Assembly (NCBI GenBank): GCA_046292385.1 | Contig: JBKBRF010000003.1 | Location: 64,001 to 128,000 of the forward strand | Source of the DNA: Armatimonadota bacterium | GTDB taxonomy: Bacteria > Armatimonadota > SYMT01 | Reading direction: 5' to 3' | Length of the DNA: 64,000 bases | Shown here: positions 38,172 to 47,240 of the stretch, piece after piece | Layout: every line of letters begins with the position of its first letter | How positions within the stretch are numbered: position 1 is the stretch's first letter | Position numbers and translations under genes: made by a program | Notes under the pieces: generated by a model | What the model was told of the DNA's origin: nothing | Database searches by the model: none | What the model saw: the letters and a program-made list of their open reading frames with translations, nothing else

Positions 38172-39561
38172 CCGACCGCGAGGCCGGGAGCTCTGCGCCG
38201 CCGGCGCCCGCCGGGTGGGGGAGCCGCTCTACGCCACCGCCTCGCGGGTCGACCTCTGGCTGGTGGTGGAAGTCAGCGGCGCCTGGCCCGTAGAGGTGGG
38301 GGACTCGCTCGATCCGGGGAGCCCCCTGGGCCGCGCGCTGCTGCCGGTGCTGAATGCGGTGCCGCGCTCCCGCGTGCTGTTCGTCAAGGGCGCGGAGCGC
38401 GGGCTGCGTGAGACCCTCGCCTTTTACGCGGCGGTTTCCGACGAAGCCGAGCCCCGCCTCTACCACTGGGAGCTGGAGCGCTATGAGGATTTGGAGGAGA
38501 TCGACCTCTGGGGCGTGCTGGCGGGAGAGGAGCGGTACGACCGCTGCCGCCAGGCAGAGCCGCTCTTCCTGATCTGCACCCACGGCACGCACGACCGCTG
38601 CTGCGCCAAGTTCGGCTTCCCGCTCTACCGCGCCCTCGCGTGGCAGCGGCCGGAGCGGGTGTGGCAATCGTCGCACGTCGGCGGCGACCGGTTCGCCGGC
38701 AACCTGGTCTGCCTCCCCGCCGGCCTCTACTACGGCTTCGTGGAGCCGGACGACGGCGAGGTGATCCTGGAGCTGACGGAGCAGGGGCAGCTCTACCCCT
38801 CCCGCTGGCGCGGGCGCACCTGCTACCCGCCCCCGGTGCAGGCCGCCGAGCATTTCCTGCGGGAAGTGGAGCACGAGACGGCGATCCACGCCTACCGGCT
38901 GCGGTCGCACCGGCGGGGGGGCGAGACGACCGAGGCCCGCTTCCTCGAAACCGGCTCGGGCCGGCAGCACCTGGTGCGGGTGGAGACGACGCTGCGCGAG
39001 GGGCGGCGTTACATGACCTGCGACACGGAAGAGGAGCAGCCGGTCTCCGGCTATCGTCTGCTCGACCACCAGGTGCTCCCCGCGGAGCCGGAGCCGGCCT
39101 CACCCGGAGAGGCGGGCTACCGGCTGGAGCCGGCGGCGATGCGGGATTACGCCTTCATCTACCGCCTGCGCCGGGAGACGCTCCGCCGCTGCCTGGACGA
39201 GCTGGGAATGCCGGGGGAGGAGCGGGGCCCATTCTGCGCTCGCTTCGACGTGACGCGCCACCGCCTCGTCTACGCCGGGGCGCAGGATCCCGCCGGCGCG
39301 ATCAGCGTGCTGGAGCGGGAGCGGGAGCTGCACCTGACCAACCTTCACCTCCTGCCGGCCTACCAGGGGCGCGGGCTCGGCGCGGCGCTGGTGCGAGAGG
39401 TTCAGGCCCAGGCCCGGGCGACCCGGCGGCGCGTCACCACGCAGGTGCTGAAGGTCAACCCCGCGCGTGCCTTCTACGAGCGCCTCGGCTTCCGGGTCGA
39501 GGGCGAAGAGGGGCCGCGCTATCGCATGGCGTGGGAGCCGTCTCGCGCGGTTGGGGTATAG
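38164..39561 (+). CDS. Sucrase/ferredoxin-like (thioredoxin-like [2Fe-2S]) protein fused to a C-terminal GNAT acetyltransferase
   Basis: ATG overlaps the JmjC stop; WLVVEVSGAW, FLICTHGTHDRCCAKFG, WQSSHVGGDRFAGN, YYG, WRGR; GNAT motifs LLPAYQGRGLG and NPARAFYERLGF. Confidence 0.85.
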   Translation: MPSRPRGRELCAAGARRVGEPLYATASRVDLWLVVEVSGAWPVEVGDSLDPGSPLGRALLPVLNAVPRSRVLFVKGAERGLRETLAFYAAVSDEAEPRLYHWELERYEDLEEIDLWGVLAGEERYDRCRQAEPLFLICTHGTHDRCCAKFGFPLYRALAWQRPERVWQSSHVGGDRFAGNLVCLPAGLYYGFVEPDDGEVILELTEQGQLYPSRWRGRTCYPPPVQAAEHFLREVEHETAIHAYRLRSHRRGGETTEARFLETGSGRQHLVRVETTLREGRRYMTCDTEEEQPVSGYRLLDHQVLPAEPEPASPGEAGYRLEPAAMRDYAFIYRLRRETLRRCLDELGMPGEERGPFCARFDVTRHRLVYAGAQDPAGAISVLERERELHLTNLHLLPAYQGRGLGAALVREVQAQARATRRRVTTQVLKVNPARAFYERLGFRVEGEEGPRYRMAWEPSRAVGV

Positions 39562-39605
39562 CTGTGAGTAGCCGCCGCTCCGAGTCGAGTGCTGGAGGTG
39601 GAACG

Positions 39606-40028
39606 ATGTCGGAAGCCGCACGCAGCGATCTTCCCGGTCGCGTTCGCAGCTTTCTCTCCGCCGAGCGGTTCGCGGTGGCGGGAGCGAGCGATGATCCCGC
39701 CAAGTTCGGGCACCGCTGCTACGCGGCGCTGCTGCGGAACGGGTACGCCGTCTACCCGGTCAATCCCCGCGCGACCGAAGTGCTGGGAAACCCCACGTTC
39801 CCGGACCTCGCCTCGCTGCCGGAGCCGGTGCAGTCGCTCTCCATCGTCACCCCGCCGCCGGTGACGGAGCAGGTGGTGGAGCAGGCGATCCGGGCGGGGG
39901 TGCGCTCCGTCTGGATGCAGCCGGGGGCGGAGAGCGCGGCCGCGGTACGGCGCGCCGAGGAAGCCGGCCTGGAGGTGATCTCCGGCGGCCCCTGCCTGCT
40001 CGTTGCGCTGGCCTCCGGCAGGGTGTAA
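39606..40028 (+). CDS. CoA-binding protein (YccU-like)
   Basis: GGAGGT RBS; FAVAGASDDPAKFG...GYAVYPVNP...VWMQPGAES...GPCL. Confidence 0.88.
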   Translation: MSEAARSDLPGRVRSFLSAERFAVAGASDDPAKFGHRCYAALLRNGYAVYPVNPRATEVLGNPTFPDLASLPEPVQSLSIVTPPPVTEQVVEQAIRAGVRSVWMQPGAESAAAVRRAEEAGLEVISGGPCLLVALASGRV

Positions 40029-40069
40029 CCTCCACGCCCCGGGATCAGTCGAAAGCGCGGAGGCCTCCC

Positions 40070-42229
40070 ATGTCACCCGCTCCGACCCCCCGTCTGTTTC
40101 CGGCGCTCGCCGCCGCGGCGCTCCTGCTTCCGCTCGCGGCCTCCGCTCGCACCGACCGGGTCACCGGACGGACGCCGGAGCCGGAGCTGCTGGTGCAGGC
40201 GCTCGACCGCTCGCTCTCCACCGCGGTGCTCAGCGGCGACGGCCGCTGGCTGATCACCGGCAGCGGAGACCGGCGCGTGCAGGTCTGGGACGCGCGCACC
40301 GGCCTGCTGACGCGCAACCTCCCCACCGGCGGCCCGGTGGCGGAGGTCGACCTCTCTCCGGATGCTCGCGTGGTCGCCGCGGGTGGACTGGAGGGAGCGG
40401 TCCGGCTGTGGGACCGCGAAACCGGCGCGGAGCGGGCCGTGCTGAAGACCGACCCGCAGGGCACCCTCTCCGTCCGCTTCTCCCCCGCCGGTCCGCACCT
40501 GGCGACCGCGGACCACCGCGGCGTGAAGCTGTGGCACGCCGGCACCGGCCGCTTCCTCCGGGCGCTGGAGGGCACGGGCGACTTTCTCTCCATCGGCCTC
40601 TATCCGGGCGTCGCCTTCTCCCCGGACGGAAAGCTCCTCGCCGCGCTTACCATGGAGGGCTGGGCGCTCTGGGATCCCGCCATCGGACGCAAGCTGCGCC
40701 AGCTCCCGAAGCAGCTGGACCGCGACACGGCGGTCGCCTTCTCGCGCGACGGCAAGCTGCTCGCGACCGCCCACGTCACCGCCCGGTACACGCTGCCGAC
40801 TGCCGAGATCGCCTTCTGGAGCACCGCCACCGGAAAGCGGGCCCGCGCCGTCACCACCGGGCAGGACGCTCTGATTTCCCTCGCCTTCGCGCCGGACGAC
40901 CGCACCCTGCTGGCCGGCACCCGCTTCTCCCGCGGCCTGCAGGTGTGGGACGTCCCCTCCGGAAAGCGGCTGCGGACCGTCGGAAGCCTCCCCGGAGCGG
41001 TCACCCTCTCCCGCGATGGCCGAACCCTGGCGGCGTGGAGCTCTGGATTCGGCGCTCCGCCGGAAGTCCGCACCTGGCGCGTCTCCGATTTGCGGACGAT
41101 GAAGACAATGCCCCTGGCGGCCCTCCCCACGCCGGCGGAGCCGGTGAGCGTGCTGCAGGCGGCCGGTGCCGGTAGCACGCTCGTGGCGGTGGGCGAGACC
41201 GGCCGCGCCTGGCGCTGGGACGGCGAGCGGGCGCGGCTGGAGCGAGCCGTTTCCCTGCCGGGCGGCGCGTATCAGCGCGTGGTCCTCTCCGCGGACGGCG
41301 CCACCGCGGCCGCTGCGTCGGTCGACTGCCTGACGGTCTGGGATACCGCGACGGGGCGGGTGCGTCGGACCTTCCGCTTCACCGGGGAAGACCTCGGCGA
41401 GTCGGTCGCCGCCCTCACGCCCGACGGCCGCCGCGTCGCCCTCGCCGACCGTGCCTACCCGGGCGACCGGAACCTCCTGTACCTGCGCTGGTGGAGCGTG
41501 GAGACCGGCGAGCAGCAGGGCGAGCTCCGCTGGCCGGAGACGGTGCCGCTGGCGCTCGCCGCCTCCCGGGAGGAGCTGATCCTGACCGTCATCAACGTGG
41601 AGCGCGAGCGCCGCGAGCTGCGAGGGGTCGACCTCCGCACCGGCCAGCTCCGGCGTACCCAACCGCTCGAAGGCTTCCCCGGCAGCGCCCTCGGCGTTTC
41701 ACCGGACGGAGCCACCGCCGCGGTGCCGATGCACGCGATCGTCGGTGACCACTGGGACTTCCCCGTCGACCTCTGGAGCCGGGAGCGCGACCGCCCCACG
41801 GCGCGGCTGCTCGGGTTCCGGCAGGTGCCGGAGAGCGTCACCTTCTCCACCTCCGGAGCGCGCGTTGCCGCTGGCGGCAGCGAGGGGACGGTGCGCGTCT
41901 GGAAGGCCGAAAGTGAGACCCCGCTCACTACCCTTCGCGCGCACCGGCGGGAAGTGGCGGCCCTCGCCTTCGTGGGGGAGAATCGCCTCGCCACCGCGGG
42001 CGGAGACGGCGAGCTCGCGCTCTGGGAGGTGCCCGGCGGGAAGCGGCTGGCGACGCTGCTGGTCTTTCCCTCCGGCGAGTGGCTCGCCTACCGGCCGGAC
42101 CACCGCTACACCGGCTCGCCGGGGATCGAGAAGCGCCTGGCGTGGAGGGTAGGCCGGCGGGTGGTCTCCGGCAGCAAATCTGGCGTGCGCTTCCGGGTGG
42201 AGAGGCTGCTCCCGCCACCGGGCGGTTGA
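40070..42229 (+). CDS. Secreted WD40-repeat protein
   Basis: GGAGG RBS, signal peptide, repeated FSPDG..LA...VxLWD units, C-terminal EWLAYRPD..YTGS. Confidence 0.85.
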   Translation: MSPAPTPRLFPALAAAALLLPLAASARTDRVTGRTPEPELLVQALDRSLSTAVLSGDGRWLITGSGDRRVQVWDARTGLLTRNLPTGGPVAEVDLSPDARVVAAGGLEGAVRLWDRETGAERAVLKTDPQGTLSVRFSPAGPHLATADHRGVKLWHAGTGRFLRALEGTGDFLSIGLYPGVAFSPDGKLLAALTMEGWALWDPAIGRKLRQLPKQLDRDTAVAFSRDGKLLATAHVTARYTLPTAEIAFWSTATGKRARAVTTGQDALISLAFAPDDRTLLAGTRFSRGLQVWDVPSGKRLRTVGSLPGAVTLSRDGRTLAAWSSGFGAPPEVRTWRVSDLRTMKTMPLAALPTPAEPVSVLQAAGAGSTLVAVGETGRAWRWDGERARLERAVSLPGGAYQRVVLSADGATAAAASVDCLTVWDTATGRVRRTFRFTGEDLGESVAALTPDGRRVALADRAYPGDRNLLYLRWWSVETGEQQGELRWPETVPLALAASREELILTVINVERERRELRGVDLRTGQLRRTQPLEGFPGSALGVSPDGATAAVPMHAIVGDHWDFPVDLWSRERDRPTARLLGFRQVPESVTFSTSGARVAAGGSEGTVRVWKAESETPLTTLRAHRREVAALAFVGENRLATAGGDGELALWEVPGGKRLATLLVFPSGEWLAYRPDHRYTGSPGIEKRLAWRVGRRVVSGSKSGVRFRVERLLPPPGG

Positions 42230-42235
42230 GGTTAG

Positions 42236-42528
42236 CTGCTTCTTCGCCTCGGGAGCAGCGTCGAGCCCGGGCGCCCGACCCCGCGCCCTTGTCGGCGGAG
42301 CCAGCCCTCCCGCGGCGGGTGCCCTCCGCGGCCTTTTCACGCGCCTTCGGCGCTAGCAGGCCGCTCCGGGAGTGCGTTTCGGTACGCTCTTCCCGCGCCA
42401 CCGCCGTGATCTACCCTTCGGCTCTGCTCACGGGCTGGCTCCGCCGCCTTCGAGCGAACTCCCCTGGGCCCAGGGGAGTTCACAGGGGCCGTCCTCCGGT
42501 CCAGCCTGCGGCTGCACCTCCCGACGCC
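42236..42528. repeat. ~295-nt structured dispersed element, copy A (candidate ncRNA or non-autonomous element)
   Basis: Colinear with the reverse complement of 57963-58259; exact shared 20-mer gccctccgcggccttttcac and 17-mer cgctagcaggccgctcc; perfect 26-bp palindrome at 42456-42481. Confidence 0.7.
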
Positions 42529-42709
42529 AGAGCGAGGCACGACTGAGTCCCCGGATGGGACCCTCTAATCCGGGGGGACAAACGCCGGGTTGTGTTGCTC
42601 CCGCTCCTCCCGCCCGCGGGGGCCCACCCCGGCCGAAGAGGGGTTCCTCTCTCTGCGTCGAACGAGACGGTACGCCGAAGCCCGCGTCGCCCGGCGTGAG
42701 GAGGTCCCG

Positions 42710-44230
42710 ATGCCGCACTCCCGATCCCGTCGCCAGTTCCTCGCCCGCACCGCCGCGGGAGGCGCGCTCGCCGCCGCGGGGGAGCTCTCGTTCCTCTCCG
42801 CGCTGCGGCCGATCGCCGCCGAGGAGACGCAGGTGAAGCCGGGGCACGTGCGACTCCGGCCGGAGATCGAGCCGCTGGTGCGGCTAGTGGAGGAGAGCCC
42901 GCGCGACCGCCTGCTGGAGCGGATGGCGGAGGAGATCCGCCGGGGCACCTCCTACCGCGAGGTGCTGGCCGCCCTGATGCTGGCGGGGGTGCGGAATATC
43001 AAGCCGCGGCCGGTCGGCTTCAAGTTCCACGCCGTGCTGGTGGTCAACTCCGCGCACCAGGCGAGCCTCGCCTCGGCCGATCGCGACCGCTGGCTGCCGC
43101 TCTTCTGGGCGCTCGACTACTTCAAAGGCTCCCAGGCCCGGGACGTGCAGGAGGGGGACTGGACGATGTCCGCCCTTCCGGACTCCGCGCTCCCGTCGCC
43201 GGACCAGGCGCGCCGCCGCTTCGTGGAGGCGATGGACCGCTGGGACGAGGAGGGGGCGGACGCCGCCGTCGCCCAGCTCGCGCGCACCGCGCCGGCCGGA
43301 GAAGTGTGGGAGATGTTCTGGCGCTACGGCGCGCGCGACTTCCGCGACATCGGGCACAAGGCGATCTACGTGGCGAACGCTTGCCGCACGCTCCAGGTGA
43401 TCGGCCGGGAGCACTCGGAGCCGGTGCTGCGCTCGCTCGCGTTCGCCCTGCTGATGCGGGGGAACGTCAACCCCGCGGAGGCGGACGAGCCGGCCGACCG
43501 CCCCTGGCGCCGCAACCTGGAGCGGGCGAAGGAGCTCGGCCCCGGCGCGCTGCACGGCACGCGGGTCGACCCCGCCGCCACGCGGGAGCTGCTCTCCGCC
43601 CTCCACTCCGGCTCCCCGGACGACGCGGCGGGCCGCGCGGCGGCGCTGCTCAAGTCCGGCGTCGCTCCCGCCAGCGTGTGGGACGGCGTAATGGCCGGCG
43701 CGGGCGAGCTGCTGATGCGGAAGCCGGGGATCGTCGGCATCCACTGCGTCACCACCGCCAACGCGCTCCACTACGCCTACAGCGCCGCCGCCTCGGACGA
43801 GACCCGCCTGATGATGCTGCTCCAGGGCGCCGCCTTCATGCCGCTGTTCCGCGAGGCGATGGGCGACCCGGGCGACGTGCGCCTCGACCGCCTGGAGCCG
43901 CTGGCGATGCAGAGCAGCGGTCCCGCCGCGGTGGAGGAGGTGCTGGCGGACGTGAGCCGGAGCCGCATGGACGCCGCCCGGAAGGCGCTCGGCTACCTGG
44001 AGGCGGGCGGCTCGGCGGAAGAGCTGCTCGCCGCGGCCCGGCGCCTGATCTTCCTGAAGGGCACCGACTCGCACGACTACAAGTTCAGCTCCGCCGCGCT
44101 GGAAGACTACTACCACGTCAGCCCGGAGTGGCGGAACCGCTTTCTCGCCTCCGCGATGTTCAACCTGCGCGGCGCCGGCGACCGCGACAACCCGCTCACC
44201 GGCCGCATCCGCGCCGCCCTCTCCGGCTGA
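42710..44230 (+). CDS. Tat-exported all-alpha hypothetical protein with repeated His motifs
   Basis: GAGGAGGT RBS; SRRQFL Tat motif; strong codon bias. Confidence 0.8.
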   Translation: MPHSRSRRQFLARTAAGGALAAAGELSFLSALRPIAAEETQVKPGHVRLRPEIEPLVRLVEESPRDRLLERMAEEIRRGTSYREVLAALMLAGVRNIKPRPVGFKFHAVLVVNSAHQASLASADRDRWLPLFWALDYFKGSQARDVQEGDWTMSALPDSALPSPDQARRRFVEAMDRWDEEGADAAVAQLARTAPAGEVWEMFWRYGARDFRDIGHKAIYVANACRTLQVIGREHSEPVLRSLAFALLMRGNVNPAEADEPADRPWRRNLERAKELGPGALHGTRVDPAATRELLSALHSGSPDDAAGRAAALLKSGVAPASVWDGVMAGAGELLMRKPGIVGIHCVTTANALHYAYSAAASDETRLMMLLQGAAFMPLFREAMGDPGDVRLDRLEPLAMQSSGPAAVEEVLADVSRSRMDAARKALGYLEAGGSAEELLAAARRLIFLKGTDSHDYKFSSAALEDYYHVSPEWRNRFLASAMFNLRGAGDRDNPLTGRIRAALSG

Positions 44231-44428
44231 TGAGGTGCGTGGAGGTCTTCCCTGACGGGCGGTTGAAACCGCGGCAACTACGGCACGAAGTGCCCCTTCG
44301 GGCACTCGGCAGCGCTGGTACGGGCTTCCGGCTCAGGCCTGGCAGGGATAGTCGAACAGGGAAGTCGATCCCTCGCGGCCGCAACAGCCAAAACGTGGTA
44401 ACCGGCTGCTGATCCACCCCACGAGCAG

Positions 44429-45556
44429 ATGTTCCCAGAGCAGCCGCCAGTCCGATCCGAGCCCGCCGACAACCCCCGGGAAGAGGCGCTGCGCCTCGTC
44501 GAGGAAGCGCAGCGCCGGCTGCCTCGCTCCATCGGAAATGTTCTGGATGGAACCGCTTTCCTGGACGGGCACCCGATCTCCGAACGCGAGTACCATCGAG
44601 CAGTCCGGGCGGCCATTCGCGATTACAGTCGTGCGATCGAGCTCGACCCCCAGTGTCTCGAAGCGTACCTCCGCCGGGCTCTGCTCTACAAGCGGATCGC
44701 GGGGGAACGGTGGCTCGATCGCCTGACCGTCAACCTGCTCTTTCGCCGGCGAGCAGAGGACTTCCCGGAACACCAACTCGCCGTTGCCGATGCCCGGAAA
44801 GTCCTGGCGCTGGAGCCGGCGGACTGCGGCGTCTACCTCACGATCAGTCAGCTGCTCTCCGGAGAGGAGCGCGTCGACGCGCTGCGAAAGGGCCTGTCCC
44901 GGGCGGGGGGCTCGCGCGCGTATCGCGGGCTGCTCCAGGGCGAGCTTCCGCTTGCGCTGATGTTCGATGGGCAGGTCCGCAGCGCCATTCGGGAATGGCG
45001 GATCTTGCTTCGCGAGTCGTTCAGCGGCGTCTTCCACGCCGAGCAGCTCGCGCTCTGCTACTCCGCGTTGGAGATGCACCCGGAGACCGAGGCCGCATTC
45101 CGCCTCGCCCTTGGAATCTTTCGCCACTCCGGCGAAAGCAACTGGCTGCTGCTGCTGCCGACACCGGAGGAGGTGGCCTCCAACCTGGCGGAGGGCATCC
45201 TCCGCTGCCGCCTGCGGCGCGGCGACTGGGACGGCCTCCGAGCGAGGCTGCAGCTCTGCGCGCAGTACCTGCTGCCGGGGCGGGACTCCGGCTACCGGGC
45301 GCTCCTCTCCGCCCGGAGCGGGGAGCGCGTCGACGACCTCCCGGGCGTCCTGCGGCACCTGCGTCTCCGGGCGAAAGCCGACCCCCACCCGCGCTTCCTC
45401 GCGGGGCTGCTGCTCGAGAGCCTCGGCCGCCACCGGGAATCGCGGCGGCACTACCGCAGCTACCTGCGGGAGCTCACTCGCCACGAGGAGGAGCGCTGGT
45501 ACCCATGGGAGCGGACCCACGCCACGCGCCGCCTCGTGGAGCCGGAGCCCGGCTAA
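44429..45556 (+). CDS. TPR-containing hypothetical protein
   Basis: AIRDYSRAIELDPQCLEAYLRRA TPR unit; helical remainder. Confidence 0.65.
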   Translation: MFPEQPPVRSEPADNPREEALRLVEEAQRRLPRSIGNVLDGTAFLDGHPISEREYHRAVRAAIRDYSRAIELDPQCLEAYLRRALLYKRIAGERWLDRLTVNLLFRRRAEDFPEHQLAVADARKVLALEPADCGVYLTISQLLSGEERVDALRKGLSRAGGSRAYRGLLQGELPLALMFDGQVRSAIREWRILLRESFSGVFHAEQLALCYSALEMHPETEAAFRLALGIFRHSGESNWLLLLPTPEEVASNLAEGILRCRLRRGDWDGLRARLQLCAQYLLPGRDSGYRALLSARSGERVDDLPGVLRHLRLRAKADPHPRFLAGLLLESLGRHRESRRHYRSYLRELTRHEEERWYPWERTHATRRLVEPEPG

Positions 45557-45587
45557 CCTGCCGGCAAGCACGGCATCGAACCGCAGC

Positions 45588-46859
45588 TCACGGTTCCGCC
45601 GGCGGAGGGGCCGTGAATCCGGCCCGATGGCGAGGCCTCAGCTGGCCGAAGACAATGTCGCCGCGGGCGCTCGCCTCGGGTGACCAGGGGACCTCCACGC
45701 TCCGCCCGCCGTCGTCGATCCCGTCCGGGCCGAGGCTGTAAACGAGAGGGCGGCCGTGCTGCAGCCGGTAGACAAGCGGGCGGCCCCACTCGTCCTGCGG
45801 GACCCCGCGGAGCCACTTTCCGCGGAGCTCCTCCCACGAGCCGGGGTAGTAGCCCTGCTCTCGCTGCCGGCGCTCCACAGCCAGCGCTGCGTAGAGCAGC
45901 CGGACCCTCGTGTGATCTAGCTGGACGAATGGCGCCCGGTGCTCCACGCAGAAGTACTCCGCCCACGGGTCGGCGGGCAGCGGAACGGTGACCTGGGCCG
46001 GGATCGGCTTCCCGGCTTCCTTCGCGACCACGCGGTAGTAGCCTTCCACCCGCGCAAGGGCCTCGCGGCGCGGCGAGAGGAGCAGCCGGAACTTCTCCAG
46101 CCGGCCGAAGTCACCGAAATCATCGAGGGCCGTCCACTGCCGCGGGAGCGCCTTGCCGTTCAGCTCCCGAAAGTACCGGGCCATATCCGCGGGAGCGATC
46201 GCCGCCTCCGTCTCCATCGCCTGTGCGACGGACGGCCAGCCGGCCTGCAGACGGTCGAGCCGCGCGAGCGCGGTCTCCAGCGCCGCCAGGGAGACGCGCG
46301 CGGGGAGCGCCTCCACCCGTGCCAGCCCGATCCCGGCGACCGCGGCCCCGACGAGCATTCCGAGGGTGCCCTCGCCTTCGCGGAGGCGGACGCCCAGCTC
46401 GATCGCGTCCAGCAGATTGCCCAGCGCTGCGTCGGCGTCTCCTCGGCGCTCGGCGAGGAGCGCCTCCGCGGCGAAGCACCGGGCCGCCTCACGAAACGCG
46501 GAGTGCTCCTCCTGGTACTGCGTCAGGCGAGAGAGCGGGACGCGCCACTCCCTGCCGTACGATGCGCGCAGTCGCTGGAGGGCCGGGCGCACCGGGGAGA
46601 GTGTCCTCTCCAGCTCGGCCGTGGTGCCCTCCGGCCAGGTGGCCGGGGTCGGGCCGAGGCTCCGCTGCACTTCGAAAGCAGCTCCCATCCCGTCGAGGAA
46701 CCCGCGCGGCGGCGGCGCCGCATCCACGGGCAGCGTGACTTCCGGGACCGCGGTGACGTAACGCCAGTAGGCGGCGGACCCGGCGAGCACCGCCAGCAGC
46801 AGGCCGAAGAGGCTGCCGCCGACCCACAGCCCCGCTCGCCGCGCCCGCTTCGCTCCCAT
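45588..46859 (-). CDS. Single-pass membrane protein with C-terminal GspG/pilin-like motif
   Basis: N-terminal TM; ALAVERR...GYYPGSWEEL...VPQDEWGRPLVY...YSLGPDGIDDGG. Confidence 0.75.
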   Translation of the reverse strand: MGAKRARRAGLWVGGSLFGLLLAVLAGSAAYWRYVTAVPEVTLPVDAAPPPRGFLDGMGAAFEVQRSLGPTPATWPEGTTAELERTLSPVRPALQRLRASYGREWRVPLSRLTQYQEEHSAFREAARCFAAEALLAERRGDADAALGNLLDAIELGVRLREGEGTLGMLVGAAVAGIGLARVEALPARVSLAALETALARLDRLQAGWPSVAQAMETEAAIAPADMARYFRELNGKALPRQWTALDDFGDFGRLEKFRLLLSPRREALARVEGYYRVVAKEAGKPIPAQVTVPLPADPWAEYFCVEHRAPFVQLDHTRVRLLYAALAVERRQREQGYYPGSWEELRGKWLRGVPQDEWGRPLVYRLQHGRPLVYSLGPDGIDDGGRSVEVPWSPEASARGDIVFGQLRPRHRAGFTAPPPAEP

Positions 46860-46860
46860 C

Positions 46861-47223
46861 TCAGCGGCGCTTGCGGTGTTTGGCCAGCAGCTCCAGGAAC
46901 TCGAGCGCCAGCTCCTGGTCCGCCGGCTCCAGCCCGCCGAAGAGCCGCTGCACCCGCTCGTCCTCCTCCGGCGCCGACTCCCCGCCGCCGCTGCCGCGGC
47001 GGGAGGCGTCGTCCATCGCCTCCTGCAGCAGGTCGAGCACGCTGAGCCGGAAGTAGCGGGCGAGCCGCTCCAACTCGTCCAGCGTGGGGCTGGTGCGCCC
47101 CGTCTCCAGCGCGCTGATGTAGCTGGCGCTGCGGTCGATGCCGGTGTGATCCACCAGCTCCTGCTGCGTGAGCCGCGCCCACTCCCGGCGGCGGCGCAGC
47201 GTCTTTCCGATCTCGATCGCCAT
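46861..47223 (-). CDS. XRE-family HTH transcriptional regulator
   Basis: IGKTLRRRRE..RLTQQEL...YISALETGRTSPTLDELERLA; GAGG RBS. Confidence 0.9.
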   Translation of the reverse strand: MAIEIGKTLRRRREWARLTQQELVDHTGIDRSASYISALETGRTSPTLDELERLARYFRLSVLDLLQEAMDDASRRGSGGGESAPEEDERVQRLFGGLEPADQELALEFLELLAKHRKRR

Positions 47224-47240
47224 CCGTGCTTATCCTCTCG

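Noticed and set aside
39606..42229. CoA-binding and WD40 genes as part of the peptide system
   Set aside because: They are co-oriented but are common stand-alone genes with their own RBS; nothing links them beyond proximity.
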